Shown here piece by piece: positions 9,393 to 18,651 of a stretch of 64,000 nt of DNA (position 1 is its first letter; each line of letters begins with the position of its first letter). The translations under genes and the position numbers were made by a program. The stretch is from Porphyromonadaceae bacterium. GTDB taxonomy: Bacteria > Bacteroidota > Bacteroidia > Bacteroidales > UBA12481. The notes beneath the pieces are model-generated. The model had not been told where the DNA came from. It searched no databases and worked only from the letters and a program-made list of their open reading frames with translations. The stretch is from contig QYQM01000061.1 of the NCBI GenBank assembly GCA_007280905.1, positions 15,952 to 79,951 of the forward strand, read 5' to 3'.

Positions 9393-10638
9393 CGATTCTT
9401 CCTCCCAAAGATTTAATATCCTGATAGAAACCAGGATAAGATTTTGCTACACACTCTGCACCGGTGATTTGTACCGGAGTACGTGCAATCATGGCCACTG
9501 TTGCGGCAGCCATCGCAATCCGATGGTCTCCATGTGAATCCACCTCGCCGGTTTTCATCAGCGATGGCCCTGTAACATACAGATTTCCATTTTCCACGCG
9601 TATGGATATTCCTAATTTGTAAAACTCTTCCTGCAACACCTTGGCACGATTACTCTCTTTATGGATCAGCCGCCCCACTCCTTCAATCCGGCTTACCCCA
9701 TTGCAATGTGCCGCAAGAGCCACCAGAGGAGGGAATAGATCCGGACAATGTGTGGCATCAAAATCAAATGCTCTTAATTCATCCCGGCTTACGGTTACAC
9801 AGTTTTCACCGATCTCAACCCGGGCACCGGCATAACCAAGAGCCTTCAGAATCTGGCGATCAGCCTGCAACGAATCCGCCTGCAGTCCGCTCACCGTAAC
9901 CCCTCCCGCCAGAGCACCGGCTACCAGCAGAAAAGCCGCTCCACTCCAGTCCCCTTCAACAGTAATAGTCGCAAGCCGGTACTTTTGTTTACCCGGGATG
10001 CAAAATGTCTCATATTGATGGTGCGATACCGAAATCCCGAATTGTTTCAATATATTGATTGTCAGATCAATATATGGTAAACTCTGCAAATTATTGACCG
10101 TAATTTCTGAATCTCCCTTGATAACAGGCAAAGCCATCAGCATGCCGGTTAGTAATTGTGACGATACCGATCCATCGATAGTGGCCTTGCCGCTTTTCAG
10201 CGGGCCTTTTATCCAGACCGGCAGAAATCCATCCTGGGATTGACAGCGGCAACCCAGTTGATTCAATGAATCCGTAATCATCTGTACCGGACGTTTTAGC
10301 AAAGAACCGGTGCCGTTCATCAACATGGTCTGATCGGCAAGCGCAGCGATCGGCGAAAACATCCGTAAACTCAATCCGGCCTCACCGCAATCCAGCTTCT
10401 GTCCTATTGGATTAAAACCGCCTTTGATAACGAGGTGATCCCCCAGGTCATCAACGGAGGCTCCCAATTGCCGGATGATTCCCATGGCTGCCTTTGCATC
10501 ATCGCTCCGCGACGGATTCCGGATAATCGTTGTCCCCCTGGTCAGCAAGGCCCCGGCTAACGCTCTCTGAGCATAACTCTTCGACGGCGGTGCAACAACC
10601 TCTCCCGATACCTTCGACCTCTGAACCGTTATCTGCAT
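9385..10638 (-). CDS. aroA: 3-phosphoshikimate 1-carboxyvinyltransferase (EPSP synthase)
   Basis: PPSKSYAQR, DCGEAGLSLR, SSQLLTG, EGDWSGA, KESNR, HGDHRIAM, KSYPGF. Confidence 0.96.
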   Translation of the reverse strand: MQITVQRSKVSGEVVAPPSKSYAQRALAGALLTRGTTIIRNPSRSDDAKAAMGIIRQLGASVDDLGDHLVIKGGFNPIGQKLDCGEAGLSLRMFSPIAALADQTMLMNGTGSLLKRPVQMITDSLNQLGCRCQSQDGFLPVWIKGPLKSGKATIDGSVSSQLLTGMLMALPVIKGDSEITVNNLQSLPYIDLTINILKQFGISVSHHQYETFCIPGKQKYRLATITVEGDWSGAAFLLVAGALAGGVTVSGLQADSLQADRQILKALGYAGARVEIGENCVTVSRDELRAFDFDATHCPDLFPPLVALAAHCNGVSRIEGVGRLIHKESNRAKVLQEEFYKLGISIRVENGNLYVTGPSLMKTGEVDSHGDHRIAMAAATVAMIARTPVQITGAECVAKSYPGFYQDIKSLGGRIDE

Positions 10639-10682
10639 AATTTGATCTTCAATTCCCTAAATTTAATCATTCTCCCCTTCTA

Positions 10683-10714
10683 AAAGTCTTATCGTCTTAA
10701 AGTATTAAAGTCTT
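10683..10714. repeat. Degenerate 8-mer tandem repeat (AAAGTCTT family)
   Basis: AAAGTCTT ATCGTCTT AAAGTATT AAAGTCTT directly after the stop codon of the DAHP synthase gene. Confidence 0.75.
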
Positions 10715-10715
10715 C

Positions 10716-11804
10716 TCACTCCCCGTTCATAATCTTTGTTTGTGTGTTGATGGATTCCTGATGTATCGCCATAAATAATTTTCGGATAAACTCATCCGAC
10801 AATCCTTTTGATTGCCCTTCCGCCAGGTATTTTGATATGATCTGATCCCAGCGTGCCGGTTGAAGGATGGTTACTCCGTTATCTTTTTTGCACTGACCAA
10901 TACCGGCAGCCACTTTCATACGGTCTTCGAGAATATTAAGCAATTCCTGGTCGAGGCGGTCGATCTCGCCTCTGAGTTCTTCAAGCTTGTGAATGAACCC
11001 GTTGCTTCCGGGATCAGTCCGGCGGAGAATCAGATGATCCAGCAATTGGCCCAATTCTTCCGGTGTAATCTGCTGACGGGCATCCGACCAGGCATTGTCA
11101 GGATCGGGATGCGTTTCAATCATCAGGCCATCATAATTCAGGTCCATAGCCTTTTGCGAAATTTCTTGCAATAAATTCCGGCGGCCGGAAATGTGGCTCG
11201 GATCACAGATAAGGGGTAAATCAGGTCTCAATCGTTTTAATTCAATAGGAATCTGCCAGTTGGGTGAGTTCCGGTAACGGTTTTCTGAAAAGCTGGAAAA
11301 TCCTCTGTGCACAGCAGCAATCCGCGTAATTCCAACCTTCTCCAATCGCTCGATTGATCCGATCCATAAGTCCACATCGGGATTCACAGGGTTCTTTACA
11401 AAGATCGGAATATCCACCCCGCTAAGCGCATCAGCTATCTCCTGGATCGTAAAAGGGTTGACAGTAGTTCTGGCTCCGATCCACAGCATATCCACACCAT
11501 ATTTCAGGGCTTCGTAAACATGCTGTGCATTAGCTACTTCAGTGGTGGTGAGTAGCCCCGTCTCCTCTTTAACCATTTTGAGCCATTTTAACCCCTTAAC
11601 TCCAACTCCTTCAAAAGAATTGGGACGGGTACGCGGTTTCCAGATTCCGGCACGGAATACCTGTGTTCGTGTTGCCTTTAAACGTCGTGCAGTTTCCAGA
11701 ACCTGCTCTTCTGTTTCGGCCGAACAGGGCCCGGCTATTACCATCGGCCTCGTAGCATCGAGATTCCATCCGGCAAACGGAGGTGTAGTTATTTTTGATT
11801 CCAT
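10716..11804 (-). CDS. aroF: Bifunctional DAHP synthase (type I-beta) / C-terminal chorismate mutase
   Basis: IAGPCSAE, WKPRTRP, IGART, CDPSH, IETHPDP; C-terminal LEELRGEIDRLD...R AroQ domain. Confidence 0.92.
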   Translation of the reverse strand: MESKITTPPFAGWNLDATRPMVIAGPCSAETEEQVLETARRLKATRTQVFRAGIWKPRTRPNSFEGVGVKGLKWLKMVKEETGLLTTTEVANAQHVYEALKYGVDMLWIGARTTVNPFTIQEIADALSGVDIPIFVKNPVNPDVDLWIGSIERLEKVGITRIAAVHRGFSSFSENRYRNSPNWQIPIELKRLRPDLPLICDPSHISGRRNLLQEISQKAMDLNYDGLMIETHPDPDNAWSDARQQITPEELGQLLDHLILRRTDPGSNGFIHKLEELRGEIDRLDQELLNILEDRMKVAAGIGQCKKDNGVTILQPARWDQIISKYLAEGQSKGLSDEFIRKLFMAIHQESINTQTKIMNGE

Positions 11805-12649
11805 GGGTTCAATTTTAATGTTTTTTGAATAATATTAGCTTTTTTTATCAGTTCTCTAACTTTCTTTGTTTCACCAGATTGGATCAAGTCCTTAAACTGA
11901 GTCATCTTCTCAATATAGGTTTCCATAACTTCCACTACATTCTCGCGATTCTGATCGAAAACAGGCACCCACATATCCGCCGAGGATGCGGCCAGCCTTA
12001 CGGTACTGTCAAATCCTCCCGAAGCCAGGTTCAGAATGTTTTTTTCATTCTGCTCCTTATCCAGAACGGTCAGGGCCAAAGCAAACGATGTCAGGTGCGA
12101 AATATGCGAAACATAGGCTGTATGAAGGTCGTGTTCCTTTGAACTCATGAATATCAGCCTCATATTCATCGCCATGTATAAATTTGTGATTGTCTCCAAT
12201 GCCTTCGGATGGCTCTGCGACATATCACAAATGATCCCGACTTTTTTATTGAAAAGCCCGGGCAAGGCAGCCTCGGGACCAGAGAATTCTGTACCTGCCA
12301 TTGGGTGGGAGGGTACATAATTTGAACGTTTGGGATGGTTTTTAACCTGCTCCGTAATGCTCATCTTGGTTGATCCAACATCTGTTACCGCCTGATGGGT
12401 CACATAATCCAGAACAAACGGCAACAAGCTGAGAATGCCGTCAACCGGGATAGCCAGGATGATCAGATCCGATTGCTGAATACCATCGACCAGCTTGGCA
12501 ACCTCATCAACCAAACCCCTCTCAAGAGCGATTTTTGCATAAAAAGGGTTCTTTTCCACACCGATTACCCGTTCTGAAAATCGCTTAGTCTTTAATTCCA
12601 GGCCGATAGATCCCCCGATCAGACCCAGGCCGATGATACATACTGTCAT
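11789..12649 (-). CDS. tyrA: Prephenate dehydrogenase
   Basis: IIGLGLIGGS, DVGSTK, HPMAGTE, HD..TAYVSHISH, GGFDSTVRLA. Confidence 0.94.
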   Translation of the reverse strand: MTVCIIGLGLIGGSIGLELKTKRFSERVIGVEKNPFYAKIALERGLVDEVAKLVDGIQQSDLIILAIPVDGILSLLPFVLDYVTHQAVTDVGSTKMSITEQVKNHPKRSNYVPSHPMAGTEFSGPEAALPGLFNKKVGIICDMSQSHPKALETITNLYMAMNMRLIFMSSKEHDLHTAYVSHISHLTSFALALTVLDKEQNEKNILNLASGGFDSTVRLAASSADMWVPVFDQNRENVVEVMETYIEKMTQFKDLIQSGETKKVRELIKKANIIQKTLKLNPWNQK

Positions 12650-13818
12650 ATTATTTTTCCATTAATTCTATCTATCGCACTGCTGATTACCTCTTTCGGC
12701 TGGCACAAAGAAACCCTTATATATTGGTCCCCCTGTGGCCCGAAAATGAATCCCGGGGTGATAAACACCCTCTTCTCCAATAATATCCGATCAGCTAAAC
12801 TTTGACCGGAGGCTTCTATCGATGGAATCTGCGCCCAAACGAAAAGCCCCGATTGATCTTTGTCGTACGTGCATTTCAACTTTTCCAGCAGGGCATAGGC
12901 CATCACCTTGCGCTCCCGATAAATGGAGTTGATACCTTCATACCACGCAGGACCCGCTTCAAGTGCTTTGATAGCTGCAAGCTGCATCGGTTTGAACATG
13001 CCGGAATCCATCTGGCTTTTAAAGCGCATCAGGTAATCGAGATACTCTTTTCGGCCTGCCACCATCCCGATCCGCCAGCCAGCCATATTATGTGATTTGC
13101 TTAAACTGTTTAGCTCAAGCGAAGTTTCAATGGCATCCGGTACAGCTAAAAGACTGATTGGTTGATCATTCAAGATAAAACTATACGGATTGTCATTCAC
13201 CAGCAAAATCTTGTGATACTTCGCAAAAGCAACCAGCTCTTCAAAAAGTTCCTTTGTTGCCCTTTTGCCGGTAGGCATGTGTGGAAAGTTGACCCACATC
13301 ACCTTAACCTGATGCAAACCAAGCAACTCGATGAAGTTTAAATCGGGCAGCCAATTGTTTTCAGGCAAAAGCGGATAAGTGATGACCTTTGCACCCGCCA
13401 GCCTGGTCACAGCGGCATAGGCCGGGTATCCCGGATCCGGAACCAATGCTGCATCTCCCGGACTCAGGAACGACATCGCAATGTGCATCAATCCCTCCTT
13501 CGATCCAAATAGCGGCAATATCTGGCTCTCCGGATCAAGCTCTGCTCCATAAGATCTTGAATACCATCCTGCAAAAGCTTTGCGCAAATCCGATATGCCC
13601 TGATAGGGCTGATAACCATGCGCTTTTTCATCACGGGCCTGAATGGCAAGTTCCTCAATAACATCTGCTTCGGGTGCCTGATCGGGACTTCCAACCCCCA
13701 GGTTAATTACCGGTTCCCCGGTGAGGTCCATCTCCCTGATTTGCTTTAGTTTGGTCGAGAAATAGTACTCTTCCAATCCTTCAATCCTTGCCGAAGGTTC
13801 AATCAGTATTTTTTTCAT
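12646..13818 (-). CDS. PLP-dependent class I/II aminotransferase (probable aromatic/prephenate aminotransferase)
   Basis: GSKEG, PDPGYPAY, NFPHMPTG, DNPY, SLSKSHNMAGWRIG; located between pheA and tyrA. Confidence 0.9.
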   Translation of the reverse strand: MKKILIEPSARIEGLEEYYFSTKLKQIREMDLTGEPVINLGVGSPDQAPEADVIEELAIQARDEKAHGYQPYQGISDLRKAFAGWYSRSYGAELDPESQILPLFGSKEGLMHIAMSFLSPGDAALVPDPGYPAYAAVTRLAGAKVITYPLLPENNWLPDLNFIELLGLHQVKVMWVNFPHMPTGKRATKELFEELVAFAKYHKILLVNDNPYSFILNDQPISLLAVPDAIETSLELNSLSKSHNMAGWRIGMVAGRKEYLDYLMRFKSQMDSGMFKPMQLAAIKALEAGPAWYEGINSIYRERKVMAYALLEKLKCTYDKDQSGLFVWAQIPSIEASGQSLADRILLEKRVFITPGFIFGPQGDQYIRVSLCQPKEVISSAIDRINGKII

Positions 13819-14669
13819 TGGATATGTTTTCCCTGTATGTATTCACCCAGAATAGATAATTCGTGCGTTAGCGGACGGATCGCATCGAGCGCCTGCCGGT
13901 ACCTGACCGGATCATCAAACGTAAGATCGACCAGAAAATGATATTCCCACTCCTGACCAATGATCGGAATCGATTGAATTTTTGTCAGGCTGATCCTGTA
14001 AAATGAAAAAATTGAAAGCACTTGCGACAGGCTGCCGGTTTCATGTGGGAGGGTGAACGACAAGGATGCCTTATCCGGATGATCCACTTTAAATGGTTGA
14101 ATGCCATTGGGTTTATACATCAGAAGAAAACGAGTAAAGTTTCGTTTATTAGTCTCGATGCCATGTGCCAGGATATCCAGTCCGTACATTTCAGCAGCCC
14201 GTTCACCGGCAATTGCTGCCGACCCGGCCAACCCCTTTTCAGCTATCCGCTTGGCGCTTGCGGCAGTATCATCGGCCTCGATCAGGCGGATTCCCGGATA
14301 TTCCCTGAAAAAGGTTCGGGTTTGTGCAATAGCCATATAATGGGAATAGGCTTCCCTGATATTCTCAATGGACTGGCCGGGTAAAGCCATCAGATGCTGG
14401 CTGATGCGTAAAAAAATCTCGCCAAAAACCGTAAATCCGGAATCCCGGAGTAAAACATAATTGGGAAGGAGGGATCCTGCCACAGTATTTTCAATAGCCA
14501 TTATGGCTACATCTGCCTTTCCGGTTTTTACCGCTTCAAATAAATCCTCGAATGCCACGCAAGGCACAAGCTCTACTTCGCGGTCCGGAAAATAGTCGCG
14601 GGCGGCCTGGTCATGGAATGATCCTGCTATCCCCTGAATCGCTGCCCTTATGGTATCTGTCTCTTTCAT
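13815..14669 (-). CDS. pheA: Prephenate dehydratase with ACT domain
   Basis: IQGIAGSFH, AIENTVAG, NFTRF, LTKIQSIP. Confidence 0.94.
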   Translation of the reverse strand: MKETDTIRAAIQGIAGSFHDQAARDYFPDREVELVPCVAFEDLFEAVKTGKADVAIMAIENTVAGSLLPNYVLLRDSGFTVFGEIFLRISQHLMALPGQSIENIREAYSHYMAIAQTRTFFREYPGIRLIEADDTAASAKRIAEKGLAGSAAIAGERAAEMYGLDILAHGIETNKRNFTRFLLMYKPNGIQPFKVDHPDKASLSFTLPHETGSLSQVLSIFSFYRISLTKIQSIPIIGQEWEYHFLVDLTFDDPVRYRQALDAIRPLTHELSILGEYIQGKHIQ

Positions 14670-14679
14670 AGTTAACGTA

Positions 14680-14714
14680 TAAAAATAAAAATCCCGGTCT
14701 TTTGGACCGGGATT
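14680..14714 (-). terminator. Intrinsic attenuator terminator upstream of pheA
   Basis: Minus strand AATCCCGGTC CAAAA GACCGGGATT followed by a T-rich tail ending about 10 nt before the pheA ATG. Confidence 0.88.
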
Positions 14715-14739
14715 CGCTTATATTGATCTTTTTCTTAGC

Positions 14740-14832
14740 CTAAATTCTGATCATGGCGTTCCCGGTCGAGCTTTTATAATAAAAGCCGAAAAAGAAGAAG
14801 AAAAAATAATATACTCCGGAAAACGCTTGCAT
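14740..14832 (-). CDS. Phe/Tyr-rich leader peptide (30 aa) MQAFSGVYYFFFFFFGFYYKSSTGNAMIRI
   Basis: Manual translation; 11 of 12 consecutive codons are Phe/Tyr; lies between a promoter and a terminator ahead of the Phe/Tyr biosynthesis operon. Confidence 0.85.
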   Translation of the reverse strand: MQAFSGVYYFFFFFFGFYYKSSTGNAMIRI

Positions 14833-14852
14833 AATTATTTACTATCAGGGAT

Positions 14853-14883
14853 CAAAAGTAGAAACCGATTCTGAATAAACAAA
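14853..14883 (-). promoter_or_regulatory. Bacteroidota primary-sigma promoter of the aromatic operon
   Basis: Minus strand TTTG (14883-14880), 19-nt spacer, TACTTTTG (14860-14853), matching TTTG/TAnnTTTG. Confidence 0.75.
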
Positions 14884-14956
14884 CGAAATCTTAAAAATTG
14901 TTATTTTCACCCTTTCTAATGTGCGAATTAGCTAATTAATAATCAACCAAACTACC

Positions 14957-17641
14957 ATGAAAGTCCTGACTCCCGTAACGTCCGTAACCCCCGTAACGTT
15001 CTTTTCGCTCTTCACTCTCTTGTCGTTCTTCTCCCTTTTTTCATCATGTACTACCAAAGAGTTTCACGTTTATTCCGATCCTGCATATAGTCAGCGGGTT
15101 GAGGCCCGATTCAATGAAAGGAAGACTCTGGCTGCAAAACGGGACACTGCTTTATTCGGGGTATTTAATCAGAATTTAACTGTTGCCGAACAGGAAGGTC
15201 TGAAATTTCTGTATGCCTATATGCCTCTCAATGATTTGGCTGATTATAATGGCGATTTTTATCTTAATCAGGTTCGCTGGAGCCTGAATGCCCGTGAAAC
15301 TTTTGCCTGGGGAAAATCAATCCCCGAAGACCTGTTTCGTCATTTTGTGCTTCCATACCGTGTCAACAATGAAAACCTCGACACGGCACGTATTGTCTTT
15401 TTCAGGGAATTGAAGGACCGGATTAAAAATATGACCATGCTCAACGCAGCACTTGAAGTAAATCACTGGTGCCATGAAAAGGTGACTTATCGGGGAAGTG
15501 ATATCCGTACATCTGCCCCATTGGCTTCATTAAGAACGGCTTATGGCCGTTGCGGAGAAGAGTCGACCTTTGCAGTGACCGCCCTCCGGGCCGTGGCCAT
15601 TCCTGCCCGCCAGGTATACACCCCCCGCTGGGCCCACTCAGATGATAACCATGCCTGGGTGGAATTCTGGGCCGATGGCAAGTGGCATTATATGGGAGCC
15701 TGTGAACCTGAATGTGTTCCCGATCTGGGCTGGTTCACCGAACCTGCCCGACGGGCCATGCTCATCCATACTAAAGTTTTTGGCGATTATAAAGGCGGTG
15801 AGCGGGCTGAAAACCGCGAAACCAACTATGCTCTGATCAATACGCTATCTACCTATGCTCCAACCAAAGAGATTCACGTTCAGGTCCGTAATGCTGAAGG
15901 TACACCCGAAAAAAATGCTTCTGTTGAATTCCAGTTGTATAATTATGCAGAGTATTATCCGATTTCAATCAAAAAGACCGATGAAAACGGATCATGCAGT
16001 TTTGTTAGCGGTTTTGGCGATTTACTCGTGTGGGCTCATACCGACAATCATTTCGGCTTTAAAAAGATTACGGTGGCGGATATTGATACACTCAAACTGA
16101 TAACTGATCAGGAACCTTATGATGGACTCAGTATGGAATTCGATATGGTACCGCCGGTTCAACGGGAACCTTTCCAGATCGCCAACGATTGCCGTGATCA
16201 GAATAACCGGATGCTCCAAAGGGAAGATTCTATCCGCGGTGCCTATGAAAAAACCTTCCGCACGGAAGAGCAGGCCCGTAAATTTGCCGCTTCCCTCAAT
16301 CTGGATCCCGATCAAATCTGGAACTTCATTTCCCGCAGCCGCGGCAACTATGCCGAAATCGAAACTTTCCTGAAATCTACTGATCCTGCTTTTCGATCCA
16401 CTGCCCTTCAACTCCTTGGCCTGATCGCCGATAAGGACCTTCGTGACACAAAGGCTGGCATCCTGCTAGATCATCTGCCTAATGTAGTGGTCACCCCGGC
16501 GAAGGCCGGGACCCCGTCCCTAACTACGAATGCCGACCTCTTTAACCCCCGCGTAGCAAACGAAATGCTCGTAGCCTACCAGAAATTTTTAATCTATAAA
16601 TTCAGACAGGCATTTATCGATGAAATGCGTCAGAGCCCGAAGAATTTCATTAACTGGATCCGGCAGGAGATCAAAATCATCCCTTCTGAGAACTATTACA
16701 ACACCCCGCTAACCCCTGTAGGAGTTTATAATCTGAGAGTGGCCGATGAGGAATCGCGAAAAATATTTGCTGTTGCCTGCTACCGGACTTTTGGCATCCC
16801 TTCCCGGCTGAAACCGGGAACATTGGAAGTTGAGTACTGGTTCCGGGATCGTTGGTATAGCGCTGATTTTGGTATATCTGCCACAAGCCCACAACCTGAA
16901 GCAACGCTGATTCTCACCAGCGATCCGTCCAATCCCGTTAAGCCTCAGTATGAAACTCATTATACTCTTGCCCGATATGAAAAAGGGAAATATAAAACCA
17001 TGGCTTATGGCAATGATAATTCCGGTGATCCTCTGACTAGTCCGCTAACACTCGCACAGGGTCATTATCTACTTGTAACCGGAAATCGTGTTCCCGGGGG
17101 GAAAGTCCTCAGTAACCTTACCTTTTTTAAATTGACAGCCGGCGAAAAGAAGGAAATGATGATCACCTTGCGGAAGTCCGGTCAGGCCACGGTAGTGATT
17201 GGAACGCTCAGCCCGGTTTGGCCGGTTAAGCCGATGGACCGCAATTCTTTTGATTGGAAACAGATCCTTGCTACCGATCGGGCAATCATCTGCTGGATAG
17301 AGCCGGATAAAGAACCATCCAAGCACGTTTTTCAGGATCTGGGAACCCTGAAAAAAGAAATCGATAAGCTTGATTGCCCATTCATCTTCCTGATTCCTGA
17401 AAATAAATTGCCCGCTGGATTCACATCCGATACCTGGAAGAACCTTCCTTCATCATCCCGTTTTGTAACCATACCGGATTTGTCTTCATTGGCGGAGCTG
17501 GAAAAAGTCGCGGGAAAAAGCCTGGCCGGCCAGTTCCCGATTGTTATCAGGATCAATAAAGATGGGAAAGTGACTTACCTTTCGTCCGGTTATAAAATTG
17601 GTATCGGTGAGGAAATCATTAAGGATTTGCTGATGAGATGA
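14957..17641 (+). CDS. Transglutaminase-superfamily lipoprotein (two TG-like domains, the first with intact Cys/His)
   Basis: Lipobox LFSSC; FVLPYRVNNE, AYGRCGEES, AIPARQVYTPRWAH.DDNHAWVE; second repeat RTFGIPSR lacks the Cys. Confidence 0.85.
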   Translation: MKVLTPVTSVTPVTFFSLFTLLSFFSLFSSCTTKEFHVYSDPAYSQRVEARFNERKTLAAKRDTALFGVFNQNLTVAEQEGLKFLYAYMPLNDLADYNGDFYLNQVRWSLNARETFAWGKSIPEDLFRHFVLPYRVNNENLDTARIVFFRELKDRIKNMTMLNAALEVNHWCHEKVTYRGSDIRTSAPLASLRTAYGRCGEESTFAVTALRAVAIPARQVYTPRWAHSDDNHAWVEFWADGKWHYMGACEPECVPDLGWFTEPARRAMLIHTKVFGDYKGGERAENRETNYALINTLSTYAPTKEIHVQVRNAEGTPEKNASVEFQLYNYAEYYPISIKKTDENGSCSFVSGFGDLLVWAHTDNHFGFKKITVADIDTLKLITDQEPYDGLSMEFDMVPPVQREPFQIANDCRDQNNRMLQREDSIRGAYEKTFRTEEQARKFAASLNLDPDQIWNFISRSRGNYAEIETFLKSTDPAFRSTALQLLGLIADKDLRDTKAGILLDHLPNVVVTPAKAGTPSLTTNADLFNPRVANEMLVAYQKFLIYKFRQAFIDEMRQSPKNFINWIRQEIKIIPSENYYNTPLTPVGVYNLRVADEESRKIFAVACYRTFGIPSRLKPGTLEVEYWFRDRWYSADFGISATSPQPEATLILTSDPSNPVKPQYETHYTLARYEKGKYKTMAYGNDNSGDPLTSPLTLAQGHYLLVTGNRVPGGKVLSNLTFFKLTAGEKKEMMITLRKSGQATVVIGTLSPVWPVKPMDRNSFDWKQILATDRAIICWIEPDKEPSKHVFQDLGTLKKEIDKLDCPFIFLIPENKLPAGFTSDTWKNLPSSSRFVTIPDLSSLAELEKVAGKSLAGQFPIVIRINKDGKVTYLSSGYKIGIGEEIIKDLLMR
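16490..16515. repeat. REP-like palindrome in frame within the CDS (encodes VTPAKAGTP)
   Basis: GTCACCCCGGCGAAGGCCGGGACCCC, hairpin CCCGGC GAAG GCCGGG; homologous to 8387-8412. Confidence 0.65.
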
Positions 17642-17774
17642 TGTGCTGATTATTTGATGTGCTGATGTGCTAATGTGCGTGAGAAAAAAGGTGGACCACC
17701 CGGGCCACCCCTTATGTTCTTATCCCTCTTATCGTTCTTATCTTTCTTAACGTCTTATAGTCTTATCGTTCTTA
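17641..17774. repeat. Two degenerate tandem repeat tracts between convergent genes
   Basis: ATGTGCTG-type 8-mers at 17641-17678; CTTATCGTT/CTTAACGT 8-9-mers at 17711-17774, whose last unit forms the stop codon of the minus-strand gene. Confidence 0.7.
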
Positions 17775-18593
17775 CCGTCTCCCTCTCAGTTTGATTTCCT
17801 TCGTTACCCCGTCCTGGGTCACGGTGGCGATGTTGTCGCATTCGACATCACCGTAATCAACGGTGATATCGCTCTGGCCTTCAAGTGTAATGACTTTTAC
17901 TCCCTTGCGGATCCAGCGGCAATTGTTGCTAAGCACCAATGGTTCGGTGATGACCCATGAAAAAATATTTCCGTCTCTCCTGGTTCCGGCGGCATGGCCC
18001 GTAAGCTGAAATGCATCATCCGACCGGTCGCGCAGGGTTTCAACACCGCGGGTCTGTACTCTGATATGAATGGCTTCGCGAGTGCGGATAACCCCTTCAA
18101 TGGTAGTAATCTGGCCCCCGACAATGGTTGATGTCCAGGTAGGATTGCCATCTGCGCGATTAAAGGTGGTTGTATTCGTTCCCTCAACCTTATTGTCGTT
18201 TACATAATAATTATCAAAAGTGATCACCTTTGTCCAAGCTCTGCCAAACTGCGGTGCACTCATATTGATGATGATTTTCCCTTTCTTGACCACACTGTCG
18301 CGAACCATGCATCCTTCGGTTCCAAAATCAATCGTGATGGTTTTTGGCCAGGTCACCCGGTCCATAGGTTCAACCGTAACCGTTCTGCAATCATTAAAAC
18401 CCGATTTCAGTTCTCCAAAAAAGATATCCGAAGTATATTCAACCTCGTCCAGCGCATCATCCAAAAGATCTGAACTCAGAATCTGATCCTGGATATTATT
18501 TAGCGTCTGAGGAGCTAAAGCAACCTCTTCCTGCTTGCATGCTGAAAAAGCCACCAGACTCATGGCAACAAGTACCGGAACTATTTTTTTCAT
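17772..18593 (-). CDS. Hypothetical Bacteroidota lipoprotein, beta-rich
   Basis: Lipobox AFSAC; TITIDFGTEGC..., DYGD.ECDN pattern; 273-aa open frame. Confidence 0.8.
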   Translation of the reverse strand: MKKIVPVLVAMSLVAFSACKQEEVALAPQTLNNIQDQILSSDLLDDALDEVEYTSDIFFGELKSGFNDCRTVTVEPMDRVTWPKTITIDFGTEGCMVRDSVVKKGKIIINMSAPQFGRAWTKVITFDNYYVNDNKVEGTNTTTFNRADGNPTWTSTIVGGQITTIEGVIRTREAIHIRVQTRGVETLRDRSDDAFQLTGHAAGTRRDGNIFSWVITEPLVLSNNCRWIRKGVKVITLEGQSDITVDYGDVECDNIATVTQDGVTKEIKLRGRR

Positions 18594-18651
18594 ACTCTGA
18601 TTTTTTTAGCGTTTGATGTTTAGACAAAGTTCTTAAGAAATGGTTTAATCA

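Noticed and set aside
8429-14669. aroB, aroD/Q, aroE and aroK absent from the aromatic operon
   Set aside because: These genes are often dispersed and cannot be assessed from one window
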